Part shown: in pieces, positions 1-11,045 of the stretch
Numbering within the stretch: position 1 is the stretch's first letter
How the letters are laid out: every line of letters starts with the position of its first letter
Assembly (NCBI GenBank): GCA_050173015.1
Contig: JBFXLE010000003.1
Location: 128,001 to 192,000 of the forward strand
DNA length: 64,000 bases
Direction of reading: 5' to 3'
Source: Calditrichaceae bacterium
GTDB lineage: Bacteria; Calditrichota; Calditrichia; Calditrichales; JBFXGD01
Notes under the pieces: generated by a model
What the model was told of the DNA's origin: nothing
Seen by the model: the letters and a program-made list of their open reading frames with translations, nothing else
The model's database searches: none
Made by a program: the position numbers and the translations under genes

Positions 1-1
1 C

Positions 2-1012
2 GCAGGATTCACGATACGACAAAATATTTTTCAGGGCGGTAAATTGATAGCCCAGTCAAAAGGGGCGAAAGCGGGTCTCAATGCTGCTGAGAATCAGTAT
101 GAAAGCCTGCAGCAGGATATAATTTACCGGGTCCAGGAGAGCTATTACCGGTATTTGCAGAAATTACGATTGGTTCAGGTGGCCGAAAAAGCGGTTGAGC
201 GCGCTAAGATAAGGGTTGATGAAGCAAACGCCCGTCACATCGCGGGGATAGCCACACGCTCGGACATTCTAAAATCAGAAGTAGATCTTTCCGATGCTGA
301 ACTTAAATTGATACAGGCTGACAATGCTGCTCTGACCGCCGGAGGGGTGTTAAATAACGTATTGGGTTATCCGGTACAAAACAAAATTCAGATTGTTGAT
401 GATCTTAGCAACACAATTGAAGATGAAATCCGGACTCCGGATGAATTAATCGGGAACGCCTTCAAAAACCGTCCGGAAATTCTCGGTATGACAAATCAGC
501 TAGAGGTCCAGAAATACAATATCCGTATATTTAAGAGTGAATACCTTCCATCGATCGCGGCCACGGCCAGTTATGACTGGTCAGGAGAAAGCGCATCGGA
601 CATGGAAGATTACTGGTTTGCAGGCGTCTCTCTGGAATTACCTCTATTTAACGGGTTCTCCACAAAAGCACGGGTCTCTGAGGGCAAGGCCGAACAAACC
701 GCGCTTGAATATGATTTAGAAAATCTCCGTCAGACCGTCGGACTTGAAGTGTGGAATGCCTATCTTCGTGTTCGTGAATCCAGACAAGCTATTGACAATA
801 CGGTCAAATTTCTGGAGAGAGCGAAAGAGAATCTTAATATCTCAGAAGGAGAATACCGGGAGGGAATCGGATCGATGCTTGAGGTTATCGACGCGCAGAC
901 CGTACTCATCTCCGCGGAAGAAAGTCACATTAATTCACTGGCAGATCATCAGATAGCACTGGCCAATCTTGATCTTGTAATCGGAATCAGCCGTTTTAAG
1001 GAGACACAATAA
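2..1012 (+). CDS. TolC-family outer membrane efflux protein (5' end lies outside the window)
   Basis: Frame is open from base 2; OEP-type helical repeats, beta segment LPSIAATASY...GVSLELPLFNG and C-terminal LEVIDAQ; stop overlaps the next start (TAATG). Confidence 0.9.
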   Translation, partial: AGFTIRQNIFQGGKLIAQSKGAKAGLNAAENQYESLQQDIIYRVQESYYRYLQKLRLVQVAEKAVERAKIRVDEANARHIAGIATRSDILKSEVDLSDAELKLIQADNAALTAGGVLNNVLGYPVQNKIQIVDDLSNTIEDEIRTPDELIGNAFKNRPEILGMTNQLEVQKYNIRIFKSEYLPSIAATASYDWSGESASDMEDYWFAGVSLELPLFNGFSTKARVSEGKAEQTALEYDLENLRQTVGLEVWNAYLRVRESRQAIDNTVKFLERAKENLNISEGEYREGIGSMLEVIDAQTVLISAEESHINSLADHQIALANLDLVIGISRFKETQ

Positions 1013-2088
1013 TGAAAAATAAAAAATTATATGTAACCGCCGCCGTGATCATCATTTTAATTGCGCTTTTCGGCATACTTTCCGGTCAGTTCGGTTCAGG
1101 AGATGATAATGATATTTCTGACCTGAAAACCAGTACCGTCAGCCGCCGCGATATAGGTTCTACGGTTCTGGCGACAGGAATTATCAAACCGATGGTCGGC
1201 GCTGAGGTACGTGTGGGATCGCGTGTTTCAGGTATCGTGCAAAATCTTCACGCCAATATCGGTGATGAAGTCACCAAAGGTCAGCTTATCGCCCAGCTGG
1301 ATCCTACCGAACTTCAGGCGAAATACAATCAGGCTAACGCGGCGCTGGATAACGCTAAAGCCACATTCGAATACGCCCGGGTGGATCTGAAGCGTCAAAA
1401 ATCACTTCTGGATCAGAAATTCATTTCTCAAAATCAGTACGATCTTGCAGAAAAAGCATTCGAGATAAACAAATCCCTGTTGGAACAAGCGGAAGCCAAC
1501 CTTGATTTTGCAAAGGTGCAATTGGAGTATACGCGAATCACAGCTCCTATCAGTGGTGTGATCGCGTCAGTGTCCACTCAGGAAGGCGAAACGGTCGCGG
1601 CCAGTTTTAATTCTCCCACATTTGTCACTATCATTAATCTGGACCGCCTTGAGGTTTGGACCTATGTGGATGAGACCGATATCGGTAGAATTCATGTCGG
1701 GCAGAAAGGCATGTTTTCTGTGGATACCTATTCTGACACTGATTTCGAAGGTACAGTAACGGCGATTTACCCCAAAGCTGAAATTCAGGATAATGTTGTT
1801 AATTACATTTCCACCGTTAAAATAAATGACAATAAAGAAAAAATTCTCCGGCCTGAAATGACCACCAATGTCACTATTTTTCTTGAAACCAGAGAAAACG
1901 TGCTCACCGTTCCAAACGCCGCTGTTCATCGTGAACGAGGCAAAAAATATGTGAATGTCCTGGAAAAAAATCTGCCGGTTAAACGATATGTCACTGTCGG
2001 ATGGAAATCAGGCAGCTACACGGAAATTACGGAAGGATTATCTGAAAACGAAAAAGTGATCGTCGGAAATTTCACCATTAAAAATTAA
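1012..2088 (+). CDS. MacA-like periplasmic adaptor (membrane fusion protein)
   Basis: N-terminal TM anchor, lipoyl half-motifs VGSRVSG and ITAPISG flanking a coiled hairpin, VDETDIG. Confidence 0.92.
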   Translation: MKNKKLYVTAAVIIILIALFGILSGQFGSGDDNDISDLKTSTVSRRDIGSTVLATGIIKPMVGAEVRVGSRVSGIVQNLHANIGDEVTKGQLIAQLDPTELQAKYNQANAALDNAKATFEYARVDLKRQKSLLDQKFISQNQYDLAEKAFEINKSLLEQAEANLDFAKVQLEYTRITAPISGVIASVSTQEGETVAASFNSPTFVTIINLDRLEVWTYVDETDIGRIHVGQKGMFSVDTYSDTDFEGTVTAIYPKAEIQDNVVNYISTVKINDNKEKILRPEMTTNVTIFLETRENVLTVPNAAVHRERGKKYVNVLEKNLPVKRYVTVGWKSGSYTEITEGLSENEKVIVGNFTIKN

Positions 2089-2141
2089 TATAACCGGATA
2101 TAAATAATACCGGCTATCGGAAAGATAGCATAGGAGATATT

Positions 2142-2879
2142 ATGATACGTATAGAAAACGTCTCTAAAATTTATCAAAAAAATGGAAGCGCCGAAGTTCA
2201 CGCCCTGCAGGATGTTTCCCTTGAAATCCAAAAGGGTGAATTTGTGGCCATCATCGGGCCATCCGGTTCCGGAAAGTCCACATTGATGAATATACTGGGA
2301 ATGCTCGACCGCCCCACCAGGGGATCATATTACCTGAAAGACCGCAAAGTTAGTGATCTCACTATTGACGAGCTGGCTAAAATCAGGAATCGGGAAATCG
2401 GTTTTGTTTTCCAGCAGTTCCATCTGTTAGCGCGCACAAGCGCGCTTGAAAATGTAGAACTGCCGCTTTTGTATTCCGATCGCCCGGATATGGGCAAGCT
2501 TGCCCAAAAATCGTTGGAAGCGGTCGGCCTTGGTTCGCGTATTCATCATATCCCAAGCGAACTGTCGGGCGGCCAGCAGCAAAGAGTAGTCATCGCGCGC
2601 GCGCTTGTTAATGATCCCGAAATCATTTTTGCGGATGAACCTACCGGAAATCTCGATTCACGCTCCGGTATAGAAATAATGTCCATCTTTCAGGAATTAA
2701 ACAAAAAAGGCCGGACAGTAATCGTCATCACGCATGATCAGAATATCGCCGAACACTCCCGACGCGTAATCCGCATCGCGGATGGCCGTATTACAGATGA
2801 TTATATTAATGAACATCCCAGACAAGCGGAGGTTGTTCAAACTGATTCCGGTGAGGAGGCCGCTCATGAAAACAAGTAG
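2142..2879 (+). CDS. ABC transporter ATP-binding protein (MacB/LolD type)
   Basis: Walker A GPSGSGKS, signature LSGGQQQR, Walker B region IFADEPTGNLD; SD AGGAG. Confidence 0.95.
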   Translation: MIRIENVSKIYQKNGSAEVHALQDVSLEIQKGEFVAIIGPSGSGKSTLMNILGMLDRPTRGSYYLKDRKVSDLTIDELAKIRNREIGFVFQQFHLLARTSALENVELPLLYSDRPDMGKLAQKSLEAVGLGSRIHHIPSELSGGQQQRVVIARALVNDPEIIFADEPTGNLDSRSGIEIMSIFQELNKKGRTVIVITHDQNIAEHSRRVIRIADGRITDDYINEHPRQAEVVQTDSGEEAAHENK

Positions 2880-4077
2880 GATCATTGCAAGCGGATTTCG
2901 TATTATGCGTCGTAATAAACTTCGGACGTTTTTTATGATGATTGGTATCATCGTGGGCATCACTTCTCTCACACTCATCTTCTCATTAAGCAAAGGAGCT
3001 GAGAAGATGATAATGAATCGTGTTGAAAAATTCGGATTAAACAGCATCCTTATACAATCCGGTGGAGGGCGCGAAGTCGGACTCTCAAAAGGCGGATTAA
3101 CCACCACACTCACACTGGACGATTTGAAAGCCATTCAAAATGAAATCCAAAATGTGGCAGAAATATCTCCTTTGCAGTTAATCACAGGACGTGATACAAA
3201 ATATATGGGTAAAACCGCTTCCGCCGTAGTAATAGGGGCAACGCCCGAATGGGAGGAAGTCTGGGACTGGAGTGTTACCGACGGTGAATTTATAGACCAG
3301 CACGACATGGCAACAACCGCCCGTGTCGCTTTGATCGGCCTGACCGCGGCGAGTGAACTGTTTGGCAGCAATGATCCAATCGGCGAACAGATTCATATCG
3401 GAAATGTTGCCTTTGAGATAAAGGGTGTATTGGAGTCAAAAGGGACCAGCCCGGGTGGTGGTGATATGGATAACCGGATCATGATCCCGCTCTCTACCAT
3501 GATGCGGAGAATGATGAATGTGGATTATATCGCCTCCGCCAAATTGTTGATTTACGACACCGATCAAATCGATGTTTCGATTGAAGATATAGGCATGATA
3601 TTGCGTGAAAGACATCATCTCGCGGACCAGGAACCGGATGATTTTAGACTGGTTGGCCCGACCCAGGTGATGGAGCTGGCAACCAAAATCGCGGGTACCT
3701 TCAATCTATTTCTTATTTTGGTTTCGGGATTATCTTTGATTGTAGGAGGTATTGTCGTGGCCAATCTGATGCTTATTTCCGTTAATGAGCGCAAAGGAGA
3801 AATCGGTCTTAGAAAAGCAATCGGAGCCCGTTCCCAGGACATTTTAACTCAATTTCTCGCCGAGACAACTGTAATTACGGTTATTGGCGGAATTATTGGC
3901 ATTATGCTCGGTTTGGCGGGAGCTGAAGTTCTTGATAAGCTAATCGCTCTTCCTGCTTCAATATCCTGGGAAGCGCTTGTTCTGGGTCTCCTGTTTTCAA
4001 GCATTGTAGGTATTGCTGCCGGTATGATGCCGGCCAGAAGAGCGGCAACACTCGATCCAATCGAATCGCTGCGCTAA
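2866..4077 (+). CDS. MacB/FtsX-family ABC permease 1
   Basis: Start reassigned to ATG 2866 after SD GAGGAGG; TM1, large periplasmic domain, ERKGEIGLRKAIGA, ends PARRAA..DPIESLR. Confidence 0.92.
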   Translation: MKTSRIIASGFRIMRRNKLRTFFMMIGIIVGITSLTLIFSLSKGAEKMIMNRVEKFGLNSILIQSGGGREVGLSKGGLTTTLTLDDLKAIQNEIQNVAEISPLQLITGRDTKYMGKTASAVVIGATPEWEEVWDWSVTDGEFIDQHDMATTARVALIGLTAASELFGSNDPIGEQIHIGNVAFEIKGVLESKGTSPGGGDMDNRIMIPLSTMMRRMMNVDYIASAKLLIYDTDQIDVSIEDIGMILRERHHLADQEPDDFRLVGPTQVMELATKIAGTFNLFLILVSGLSLIVGGIVVANLMLISVNERKGEIGLRKAIGARSQDILTQFLAETTVITVIGGIIGIMLGLAGAEVLDKLIALPASISWEALVLGLLFSSIVGIAAGMMPARRAATLDPIESLR

Positions 4078-4179
4078 TACGATTAAAGTAAACAAATATA
4101 TTCAATGGCATTATCGGGTCAGATAATTTTAAAACAGGCTTTTTGATTAAAATAAACTGCGAACTTAACCAGGTGTAGC

Positions 4180-5403
4180 ATGAAACTCTATCGGAATATT
4201 AAAATTTCGCGTAAAACACTGCTGGAACACAAATTCCGCACTATTCTTGCCCTTATTGGCATTACGATAGGTGTGGCCGCTGTGATCATCATGGTGGCCA
4301 TCGGAAACGGCGCTCAGAAAGAAGTACTCGATCGGATCCAGGAAATGGGCTCAAACCTGGTCACGGTAAACTCGGGACAAGTCAAATCATTTGCCGGAAG
4401 AAAGCGTCAAATTGGCAATGTAACAACACTTATCCCAAAAGATGCTGCTGCCGTCGCCCAGGAATGCCCTTCGGTTGCGTTAGTTGCCCCCTCTCAATCC
4501 AAAAAAATGAAGATAAAATATTCAAATTTCACCACTACGACGAATGTTCTCGGCACGACATCCGATTTTCTTACCATAAGAAACTTTACGGTATCAAACG
4601 GAGCCTTTTTTTCAGACGCGGACGATAAGGCCTCTCTCCGTGTCGCCGTGATAGGAAAGAGTATTCAGGATTATTTATTTGAAGGTGATGATCCGTTGGG
4701 AGAGATCATTCGCATCGGCAAGGTTCCATTCGAAGTCATTGGCGTACTGACAGAAAAAGGCGTCAATTCTGATGGCGTGGATGAAGACGATCAGATAATA
4801 ATTCCTTTAAATACGGCTCTCCGGCGAGTATTTAATCTCACATATATAAATACCATCTATGTACAGGTGAAAAACAAAGAATCGATGGATCCTGCGGTGC
4901 AGGAAATTGGCGAGCTTCTAAGAGAACGCCATCGTCTGATAAAGAAGGGAAAGTCTGATGATTTTACCATACAAAACCAGATCGATGTTATCGAAGCGGA
5001 AAAAGAAACGACTGACGCTTTTACGCTGCTTATAGCGGGCGTGGCCGGCATTTCACTTCTTGTTGGAGGAATTGGCATTCTTGCAATCATGCTGATCACC
5101 ATCAAAGAAAGAAAAGGTGAAATCGGTCTGAGAATGGCCATCGGGGCGCGTCCAAAAGAAATTTTGATTCAGTTTTTGGCCGAATCAGCTATGCTGGGAG
5201 TTACCGGTGGGCTTCTTGGAATATTAATTGGTGTAACAGGATCTTATAGTTTAGGAATTTTAACGGATTGGGCGACTGAAATTTCAGTCCTTTCTATTAT
5301 TATTTCCATTGGATTTTCACTTTCTGTTGGATTGTTTTTTGGTGTCTATCCCGCAAGAAAGGCCTCTCTGATGGATCCCATTGACGCTTTGAGGAGTGAA
5401 TAA
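4180..5403 (+). CDS. MacB/FtsX-family ABC permease 2
   Basis: Same architecture as permease 1; ERKGEIGLRMAIGA, ends PARKAS.MDPIDALRSE. Confidence 0.92.
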   Translation: MKLYRNIKISRKTLLEHKFRTILALIGITIGVAAVIIMVAIGNGAQKEVLDRIQEMGSNLVTVNSGQVKSFAGRKRQIGNVTTLIPKDAAAVAQECPSVALVAPSQSKKMKIKYSNFTTTTNVLGTTSDFLTIRNFTVSNGAFFSDADDKASLRVAVIGKSIQDYLFEGDDPLGEIIRIGKVPFEVIGVLTEKGVNSDGVDEDDQIIIPLNTALRRVFNLTYINTIYVQVKNKESMDPAVQEIGELLRERHRLIKKGKSDDFTIQNQIDVIEAEKETTDAFTLLIAGVAGISLLVGGIGILAIMLITIKERKGEIGLRMAIGARPKEILIQFLAESAMLGVTGGLLGILIGVTGSYSLGILTDWATEISVLSIIISIGFSLSVGLFFGVYPARKASLMDPIDALRSE

Positions 5404-5412
5404 TAATTATCT

Positions 5413-5442
5413 GCGGGAAGATATCTTATCTTCCCGTTTTTT
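5413..5442 (+). terminator. Intrinsic terminator of the efflux operon
   Basis: CGGGAAGATA-tct-TATCTTCCCG followed by a T-run. Confidence 0.8.
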
Positions 5443-5548
5443 AAAAAAAACAACTAACTATTACTTGATATCCTCTAAAATAATTTTGAACAGTATTTGA
5501 TTTCTATTAAATTAATTTTTTGACATCCAAAGAATATAAGGAGTCTCC

Positions 5549-6034
5549 TTGAAAGAGTTAATAATTAACATGGATGAATTAGCTTTTGTTTTACATCGCG
5601 GTCACGACATTGAAATGGAATGTTATCTTAACACCAAGTCCGGTGACATCATCAGCATCCCGACGAATGACAGCATCATAAGCAACATATTGGATCTTGA
5701 AGATGATGTATCCGTCCTGAATAAAAGCGGCCTCGTGGAAATGATGCTTCCCGATCGTGGAGATTTGTTGTATATTCCAAACAATTTCTCGCAGATAATA
5801 TTTGAATTGATGTCAGATTTTACAAAACTGATCGAAAACGATCATGCGGAAATCCATGACATGTTGTGGGCTGCCATACAAAAAGGGGGCGGTTATGAAG
5901 AATATCACCGCATCATCAAATCCAGACCCGGGATATTGAACCAGTTCATTCTTTTCAGAGATAAAAAATTTGAGGAAAACGCGGTTATCTGGCTCAATGA
6001 ACAAAAAATCAAACCGCTTAGCCAAATTTTATGA
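5549..6034 (+). CDS. Hypothetical protein, UPF0158-like
   Basis: TTG start after AAGGAG; YLNTKSGDI and C-terminal WL motif recall UPF0158. Confidence 0.55.
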   Translation: MKELIINMDELAFVLHRGHDIEMECYLNTKSGDIISIPTNDSIISNILDLEDDVSVLNKSGLVEMMLPDRGDLLYIPNNFSQIIFELMSDFTKLIENDHAEIHDMLWAAIQKGGGYEEYHRIIKSRPGILNQFILFRDKKFEENAVIWLNEQKIKPLSQIL

Positions 6035-6135
6035 GCTCATTTGTGGGCAATCTCTCATCGACGGTCAAAGAAGATGTTTGACGGATCATAGCATTGTTAT
6101 AAAACGGATTATTAATCATTCAAGCGGGGATATTT

Positions 6136-7155
6136 TTGGTTTTATTTAATCTAATGGTTTTCACAGCCGGTTTATTTTTATTATATCTTGGGGCTGAAAT
6201 GCTTGTCCGGAGCGCGTCCAGGCTTGCCTTGCTATTCAATATCAAGCCGATCATCGTCGGTTTGACAGTGGTTGCGTTTGGCACATCGTCTCCTGAATTT
6301 ATAGTCAGTTTTATCGCGGCTTATTCCGGGAAAATAGATGTTTCCATTGGAAACATTGTTGGCAGCAATATAGCAAATATTGCCCTTGTTTTGGGGTGTT
6401 CGGTTTTATTAAAACCAATACTAAAATTAGAGAGCGATCTTAAGAAGGAATTATACTGGGTAACCATTGTATCCTTTCTATTCTGGATTTTCAGCCTAAA
6501 TTTTGAAATAAGCCGAATTGAGGGATTTGTTTTGTTCACTCTGCTTATTGTATTCACAGTTACGTTGATCAGAGAGAGTATGAAGATCCGTTCTGAAAAC
6601 GGTTCATCGATTCCCACTGCTGTTCTTCATGAGACAGAAAAAGAGCTTGTGGTATCCACCGGAAGAAAAATAGTGGATGACCTCAGTCCGCGTGTTAAAA
6701 AACTTATTTTTCTGACCATTTCCATCCTCGGTATCGTTGTTTTATCATTTGGCTCTAATTTGACTATCGAATCGGCGGTAATCATTGCTGAATATTTCGG
6801 AATAAGTCAAATTGTGATCGGACTAACCCTTGTCGCGTTTGGCACTTCCCTTCCCGAACTGGCAACGGCAATTGTCAGCGTGATTAAGAAGGAAAATGAC
6901 ATTCTATTAGGTAACATCCTGGGGAGTAATCTGTTTAATATGCTTGGGGTCGCCGGGGTGGTCGCGATGATATATCCACTGCCTATGAATAATCAAATCG
7001 TTTATTTTAACTTTCCTGTCATGCTCCTGTTAACTCTGATCCTGTTATTCTATTTGCTGATCAAAGAGCGGTTGAATCGTATTACGGGAGTCTTGTTTTT
7101 GGTATTGTATATTGTATTTTTATATTTTGTGATCAATAATCCCATGGCCATTTAA
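6136..7155 (+). CDS. Calcium/sodium antiporter (CaCA family, YrbG-like)
   Basis: Two alpha-repeats GTSSPE...GNIVGSN and GTSLPE...GNILGSN; about 10 TM segments. Confidence 0.93.
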   Translation: MVLFNLMVFTAGLFLLYLGAEMLVRSASRLALLFNIKPIIVGLTVVAFGTSSPEFIVSFIAAYSGKIDVSIGNIVGSNIANIALVLGCSVLLKPILKLESDLKKELYWVTIVSFLFWIFSLNFEISRIEGFVLFTLLIVFTVTLIRESMKIRSENGSSIPTAVLHETEKELVVSTGRKIVDDLSPRVKKLIFLTISILGIVVLSFGSNLTIESAVIIAEYFGISQIVIGLTLVAFGTSLPELATAIVSVIKKENDILLGNILGSNLFNMLGVAGVVAMIYPLPMNNQIVYFNFPVMLLLTLILLFYLLIKERLNRITGVLFLVLYIVFLYFVINNPMAI

Positions 7156-7261
7156 AAAGTTGTTAGTTACAAAATGATTTTATTATATTAAAGTTTACCA
7201 ATTTGGAAACAAATCTGTCACAATAAATTTTAACATAATTTGTCTAAACTAGGAAATCATC

Positions 7262-9052
7262 ATGATCAAATTAACTATTCCGGAAGCTTTGTTGAATACT
7301 GTGGAAAAATTTAGTGATCGTCCCGGTCTTTTTTATAAACTTAACGGGCAATACCGGGAAATTAAATGGGGTGAAGTTCATCGGAAAGTTAATCAACTCG
7401 CATCATTCTTGTTAAAACAAGGGTTTCAGCGCGGTCAGCATGTGGCAATCCTTTCAGATACCCGTTATGAGTGGGCGATAGCCGATCTCGCGAGTCAGGC
7501 AATCGGCCTGGTTACCATACCTGTCTACCCGACTCTCAGGGAAGAACAAATCCAAAATATTATAATTCATTCGGAAGCCGGAGGTATTTTTGTATCCGAT
7601 GAATGGCAATTAGAAAAGATCAGGAAAATACGAAGTAATCTTCCGGACTTATTCCCGATTATCATATTTGATAAACCGGCAGAAGACTCAAACGATGTAA
7701 CTTCTCTTTCTGACGCGCTTGAAATTGGCGGCAATCACTCCGGGGATAAAGATATTTTGCGGGAAAATGTAAAATCCACAAAGCCCGATGATCTTGCCAG
7801 CATCATTTATACATCAGGCACTACAGGTGATCCCAAGGGGGTAATGCTCACCCACGATAACTTCATGTTTAATGTGCAAAGCTGCACGAATGTTGTGCCG
7901 GTTAATGAGCAGGACCTGTTTCTTTCATTTCTTCCTCTTAGCCATGTACTCGAGAGAATGGCTGGTTATTATCTTCCTCTCTATATTGGAGCTTCAATCG
8001 CATACGCTGAAAGCATAGATACTGTTGCTCAAAATATGGCAGAAATGAAACCGACAGTGATGATATCTGTGCCGCGGCTGTATGAAAAAATGAATGCAAA
8101 AATTATCGAGACCGTTGAGTCGGGCAGCTCAATCAAAAGAAAATTGTTCTATTGGGCGTTAAAAAAAGGGGAGGTATATTTTACGCGCCATTTAAATCAT
8201 GTATCGATACCTCTCGCCTGTAAAATTAAATTCAGTTTAGCCGATAAACTCGTTTTGTCAAAAATTCGCGAAAAAACAGGAGGCCGGCTCGGCTGTTTTA
8301 TTTCCGGCGGCGCGCCTCTGCAAAAAGAGACAGGTGAATTTTTTAAGAATATCGGAATTATTATACTCGAAGGTTTCGGATTAACAGAGACCAGTCCGGT
8401 TACAAACCTGAATCCTCCTGAAAAAATTAAATTCGGAACCGTTGGACCGGTTATACCGGGAGTCGATGTAAAAATAGCAGACGATGGAGAAATTTTGACA
8501 AAAAGCCGCAGTCTGATGAAGGGGTATTATAAGAACGAATCCGCTACAAGAGAAGCGATCGACTCTAAGGGATGGTTCCACACGGGAGATATTGGATTTC
8601 TTGATGAAGACGGTTATCTGAAAATTACGGACAGAAAGAAAAATATTTTAGTCACATCCGGTGGAAAAAACATCTATCCTCAACCGATTGAACAAAAGCT
8701 GAAGGATTCTGTCTATATCGCCGAGGCCGTCCTAATTGGTGATAAAAGAAATTATGTAACAGCGCTGCTCCTACCCGAGAAGGAGCAGTTGACCAAATTT
8801 GCTGTGAATGAAAATATTCAGTTGTCTGACATAAGTGAATTGATCCATCATCCGAAAATCATTGAATTATTTGATAAAATCGTCAGCGAAAGCATGGCTA
8901 ATTACGCCAGATACGAACAGGTCAAAAAATATACTGTGCTACCTGTTGAATTTTCAATTGATACCGGTGAATACACACCGACGTTGAAGATTAAGCGTAA
9001 AGTGATTGAAGAAAAGTTTATTGATGAAATTAATTCTATGTATGAAGGTTAG
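7262..9052 (+). CDS. Long-chain fatty acid--CoA ligase
   Basis: AMP-binding YTSGTTGDPKG, GFGLTET, GWFHTGDIG, PTLKIKR. Confidence 0.93.
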   Translation: MIKLTIPEALLNTVEKFSDRPGLFYKLNGQYREIKWGEVHRKVNQLASFLLKQGFQRGQHVAILSDTRYEWAIADLASQAIGLVTIPVYPTLREEQIQNIIIHSEAGGIFVSDEWQLEKIRKIRSNLPDLFPIIIFDKPAEDSNDVTSLSDALEIGGNHSGDKDILRENVKSTKPDDLASIIYTSGTTGDPKGVMLTHDNFMFNVQSCTNVVPVNEQDLFLSFLPLSHVLERMAGYYLPLYIGASIAYAESIDTVAQNMAEMKPTVMISVPRLYEKMNAKIIETVESGSSIKRKLFYWALKKGEVYFTRHLNHVSIPLACKIKFSLADKLVLSKIREKTGGRLGCFISGGAPLQKETGEFFKNIGIIILEGFGLTETSPVTNLNPPEKIKFGTVGPVIPGVDVKIADDGEILTKSRSLMKGYYKNESATREAIDSKGWFHTGDIGFLDEDGYLKITDRKKNILVTSGGKNIYPQPIEQKLKDSVYIAEAVLIGDKRNYVTALLLPEKEQLTKFAVNENIQLSDISELIHHPKIIELFDKIVSESMANYARYEQVKKYTVLPVEFSIDTGEYTPTLKIKRKVIEEKFIDEINSMYEG

Positions 9053-9672
9053 AATATCTGTTTGTAAATCCATTTAACCGGGACAATGCGGGAAACATGA
9101 TTTTTATAGTCAGCGTAACGACTGCCAAACTCGGTGAGAAGCCTGCGCTCCTCAAAAATGGAACCGATATAAAAATACAGGATTAACCACAATAGAATCA
9201 GAAATTTGAAGATTGTCATGGCTGGTTCCAACAAAAATATCATTATCGAAAACAAATACAGCGGATGCCTGGATACCGCGTACATACCAGAGGTATTCAG
9301 GCGGTATCGCTCATCCGTAACAGCGGATTTTTCTCCTGTAAGATAGCGTTTCATTTGCGCGATACCCAGAAATTCCTGAGTATTAAAATCTCTTAATGTT
9401 AAAAGAATTCCACCCACCGCCAGAAGCTGAACAAGACGGAAGAGATACTCGCCCACACCTTCCATTTGCCATAACATCTCCGATGGTTTGGGTACAAAAT
9501 ACCATAATATAATAAAAAGCGTTGTCTGCAAAATATTGAAGGTAATACGGTATAAGCCGTAATACTCCGGAAATTTCTTTCGGAACCATCTTTTTACCCG
9601 TGTCCCGGCGAAAAGGCTGTGAATCATTGAATAAAATAAAAATATTAGTATCGTTGTAATAATCCGGTTCAT
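9049..9672 (-). CDS. Membrane protein of the isoprenylcysteine carboxyl methyltransferase / nurim-like family
   Basis: TM helices, GMYAVSRHPLY and EERRL..FG..Y..Y motifs; start set at ATG 9672 (track gives TTG 9681). Confidence 0.75.
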   Translation of the reverse strand: MNRIITTILIFLFYSMIHSLFAGTRVKRWFRKKFPEYYGLYRITFNILQTTLFIILWYFVPKPSEMLWQMEGVGEYLFRLVQLLAVGGILLTLRDFNTQEFLGIAQMKRYLTGEKSAVTDERYRLNTSGMYAVSRHPLYLFSIMIFLLEPAMTIFKFLILLWLILYFYIGSIFEERRLLTEFGSRYADYKNHVSRIVPVKWIYKQIF

Positions 9673-9823
9673 TGCACCCAAATTTTATTAGTGAATTATC
9701 ATTATATTTTCGATGCGCCATGGCTGTCATAGATACAATATCGGCATATCAAATTATTTCTTTCCGATAATAGGCTGTATCTCGTATATTTGTATAAATA
9801 AATTTTCCGAAAAACAATTCAAT

Positions 9824-10810
9824 ATGAAGAAGATAATAGGTATTACTCTCGGAGATCCGGCGGGCATTGGTCCGGAGATTGTTATAAAGGCGATTAGCCG
9901 CCATACCGAAATTTATGACAGGTGTTGTCCGGTTATCTACGGTGACCCGAACATTTTGAAATTTTACGGCAATTTACTCAGAATCAAGACAAGGATTGTT
10001 GAAATTGATGATCCCAATCAGCTCTCCGACGCCAAATCTGATGAAATATACTGCCTACCTGTATCCCGATCCAAAAACAAGATAATACACGGAAAAGTCG
10101 ATGGAAAATATGGCTTAATGGCTTACAATTATGTCTGTAAGGCGATCGATGACGCCCTTGAAGAAAAGCTTAGCGCGATCGTGACGGCACCGATTAATAA
10201 AGAAGCGTTTAAACTGGGTCGCGTCCCTTTTCTTGATCATACCGCGATATTGTCAAACAAAACAAACAGTCGGAATACCATGACACTGTTTGTAACGGGA
10301 AATTTACGAATATTCTTCTATTCCCGACATATCGCTTTCAGAGAAATCGCGGATTCGCTCAACAAATCAGACATAATTGAAGCGCTCCGGCAATGCCATA
10401 AGTATCTTGAAAAAATTGGAATCAAAAATCCTGAAATTGCGGTGGCCGCCTTAAATCCACATTCCGGTGAAAACGGTATGTTTGGAAGTGAAGAAATAGA
10501 TATATTAATTCCTGCCATCAAAACTCTTCGGAAATCCGGATTAAAAGTTGATGGTCCTGTCTCAGCCGATTCCGTTTTTCATCAGGCGGCGGAGGGTAGT
10601 TATGACGCCGTTCTTGCCTTGTACCACGATCAGGGTCATATTGCCGCAAAAACCTATGATTTTCACCGAACCGTCAGCCTCACACTCGGTCTTCCGTTTT
10701 TACGTACCTCTGTCGATCATGGCACGGCTATGGACATTGCGGGTAAAAATATGGCCAATGAAACCAGTATGGTTGAGGCCATCGATGCCGCGATCCGGTA
10801 TTCATGGTAA
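9824..10810 (+). CDS. pdxA: PdxA-family dehydrogenase (4-hydroxythreonine-4-phosphate dehydrogenase or PdxA2)
   Basis: GDPAGIGPE, TAPINK, LNPHSGE, YHDQGH, RTSVDHGTA; start reassigned to ATG 9824. Confidence 0.88.
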   Translation: MKKIIGITLGDPAGIGPEIVIKAISRHTEIYDRCCPVIYGDPNILKFYGNLLRIKTRIVEIDDPNQLSDAKSDEIYCLPVSRSKNKIIHGKVDGKYGLMAYNYVCKAIDDALEEKLSAIVTAPINKEAFKLGRVPFLDHTAILSNKTNSRNTMTLFVTGNLRIFFYSRHIAFREIADSLNKSDIIEALRQCHKYLEKIGIKNPEIAVAALNPHSGENGMFGSEEIDILIPAIKTLRKSGLKVDGPVSADSVFHQAAEGSYDAVLALYHDQGHIAAKTYDFHRTVSLTLGLPFLRTSVDHGTAMDIAGKNMANETSMVEAIDAAIRYSW

Positions 10811-11045
10811 ACTAAGAGTTTCACACAGAATCAGTCTGTTAATCAAATGTCGATATTGTAATGAAGTCAGGTTGAGTTTTTATTAAAAATTGAGTATTCT
10901 TTCATCAATGTTTATTCAAAAATAATTTAATAATGATTAAAATATGATGTGCTATTTAAAGAGAAGCAGTTTTCAACCGGAAATGACGGTAATCTAATAA
11001 GAACAAATTATCATAAACCCTAAATCTGAAAAACAAGGTTTTTAA

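Noticed and set aside
10811-11045. SAM or cobalamin riboswitch upstream of metH
   Set aside because: AT-rich with no SAM-I, SAM-II or B12-box consensus and no convincing stems
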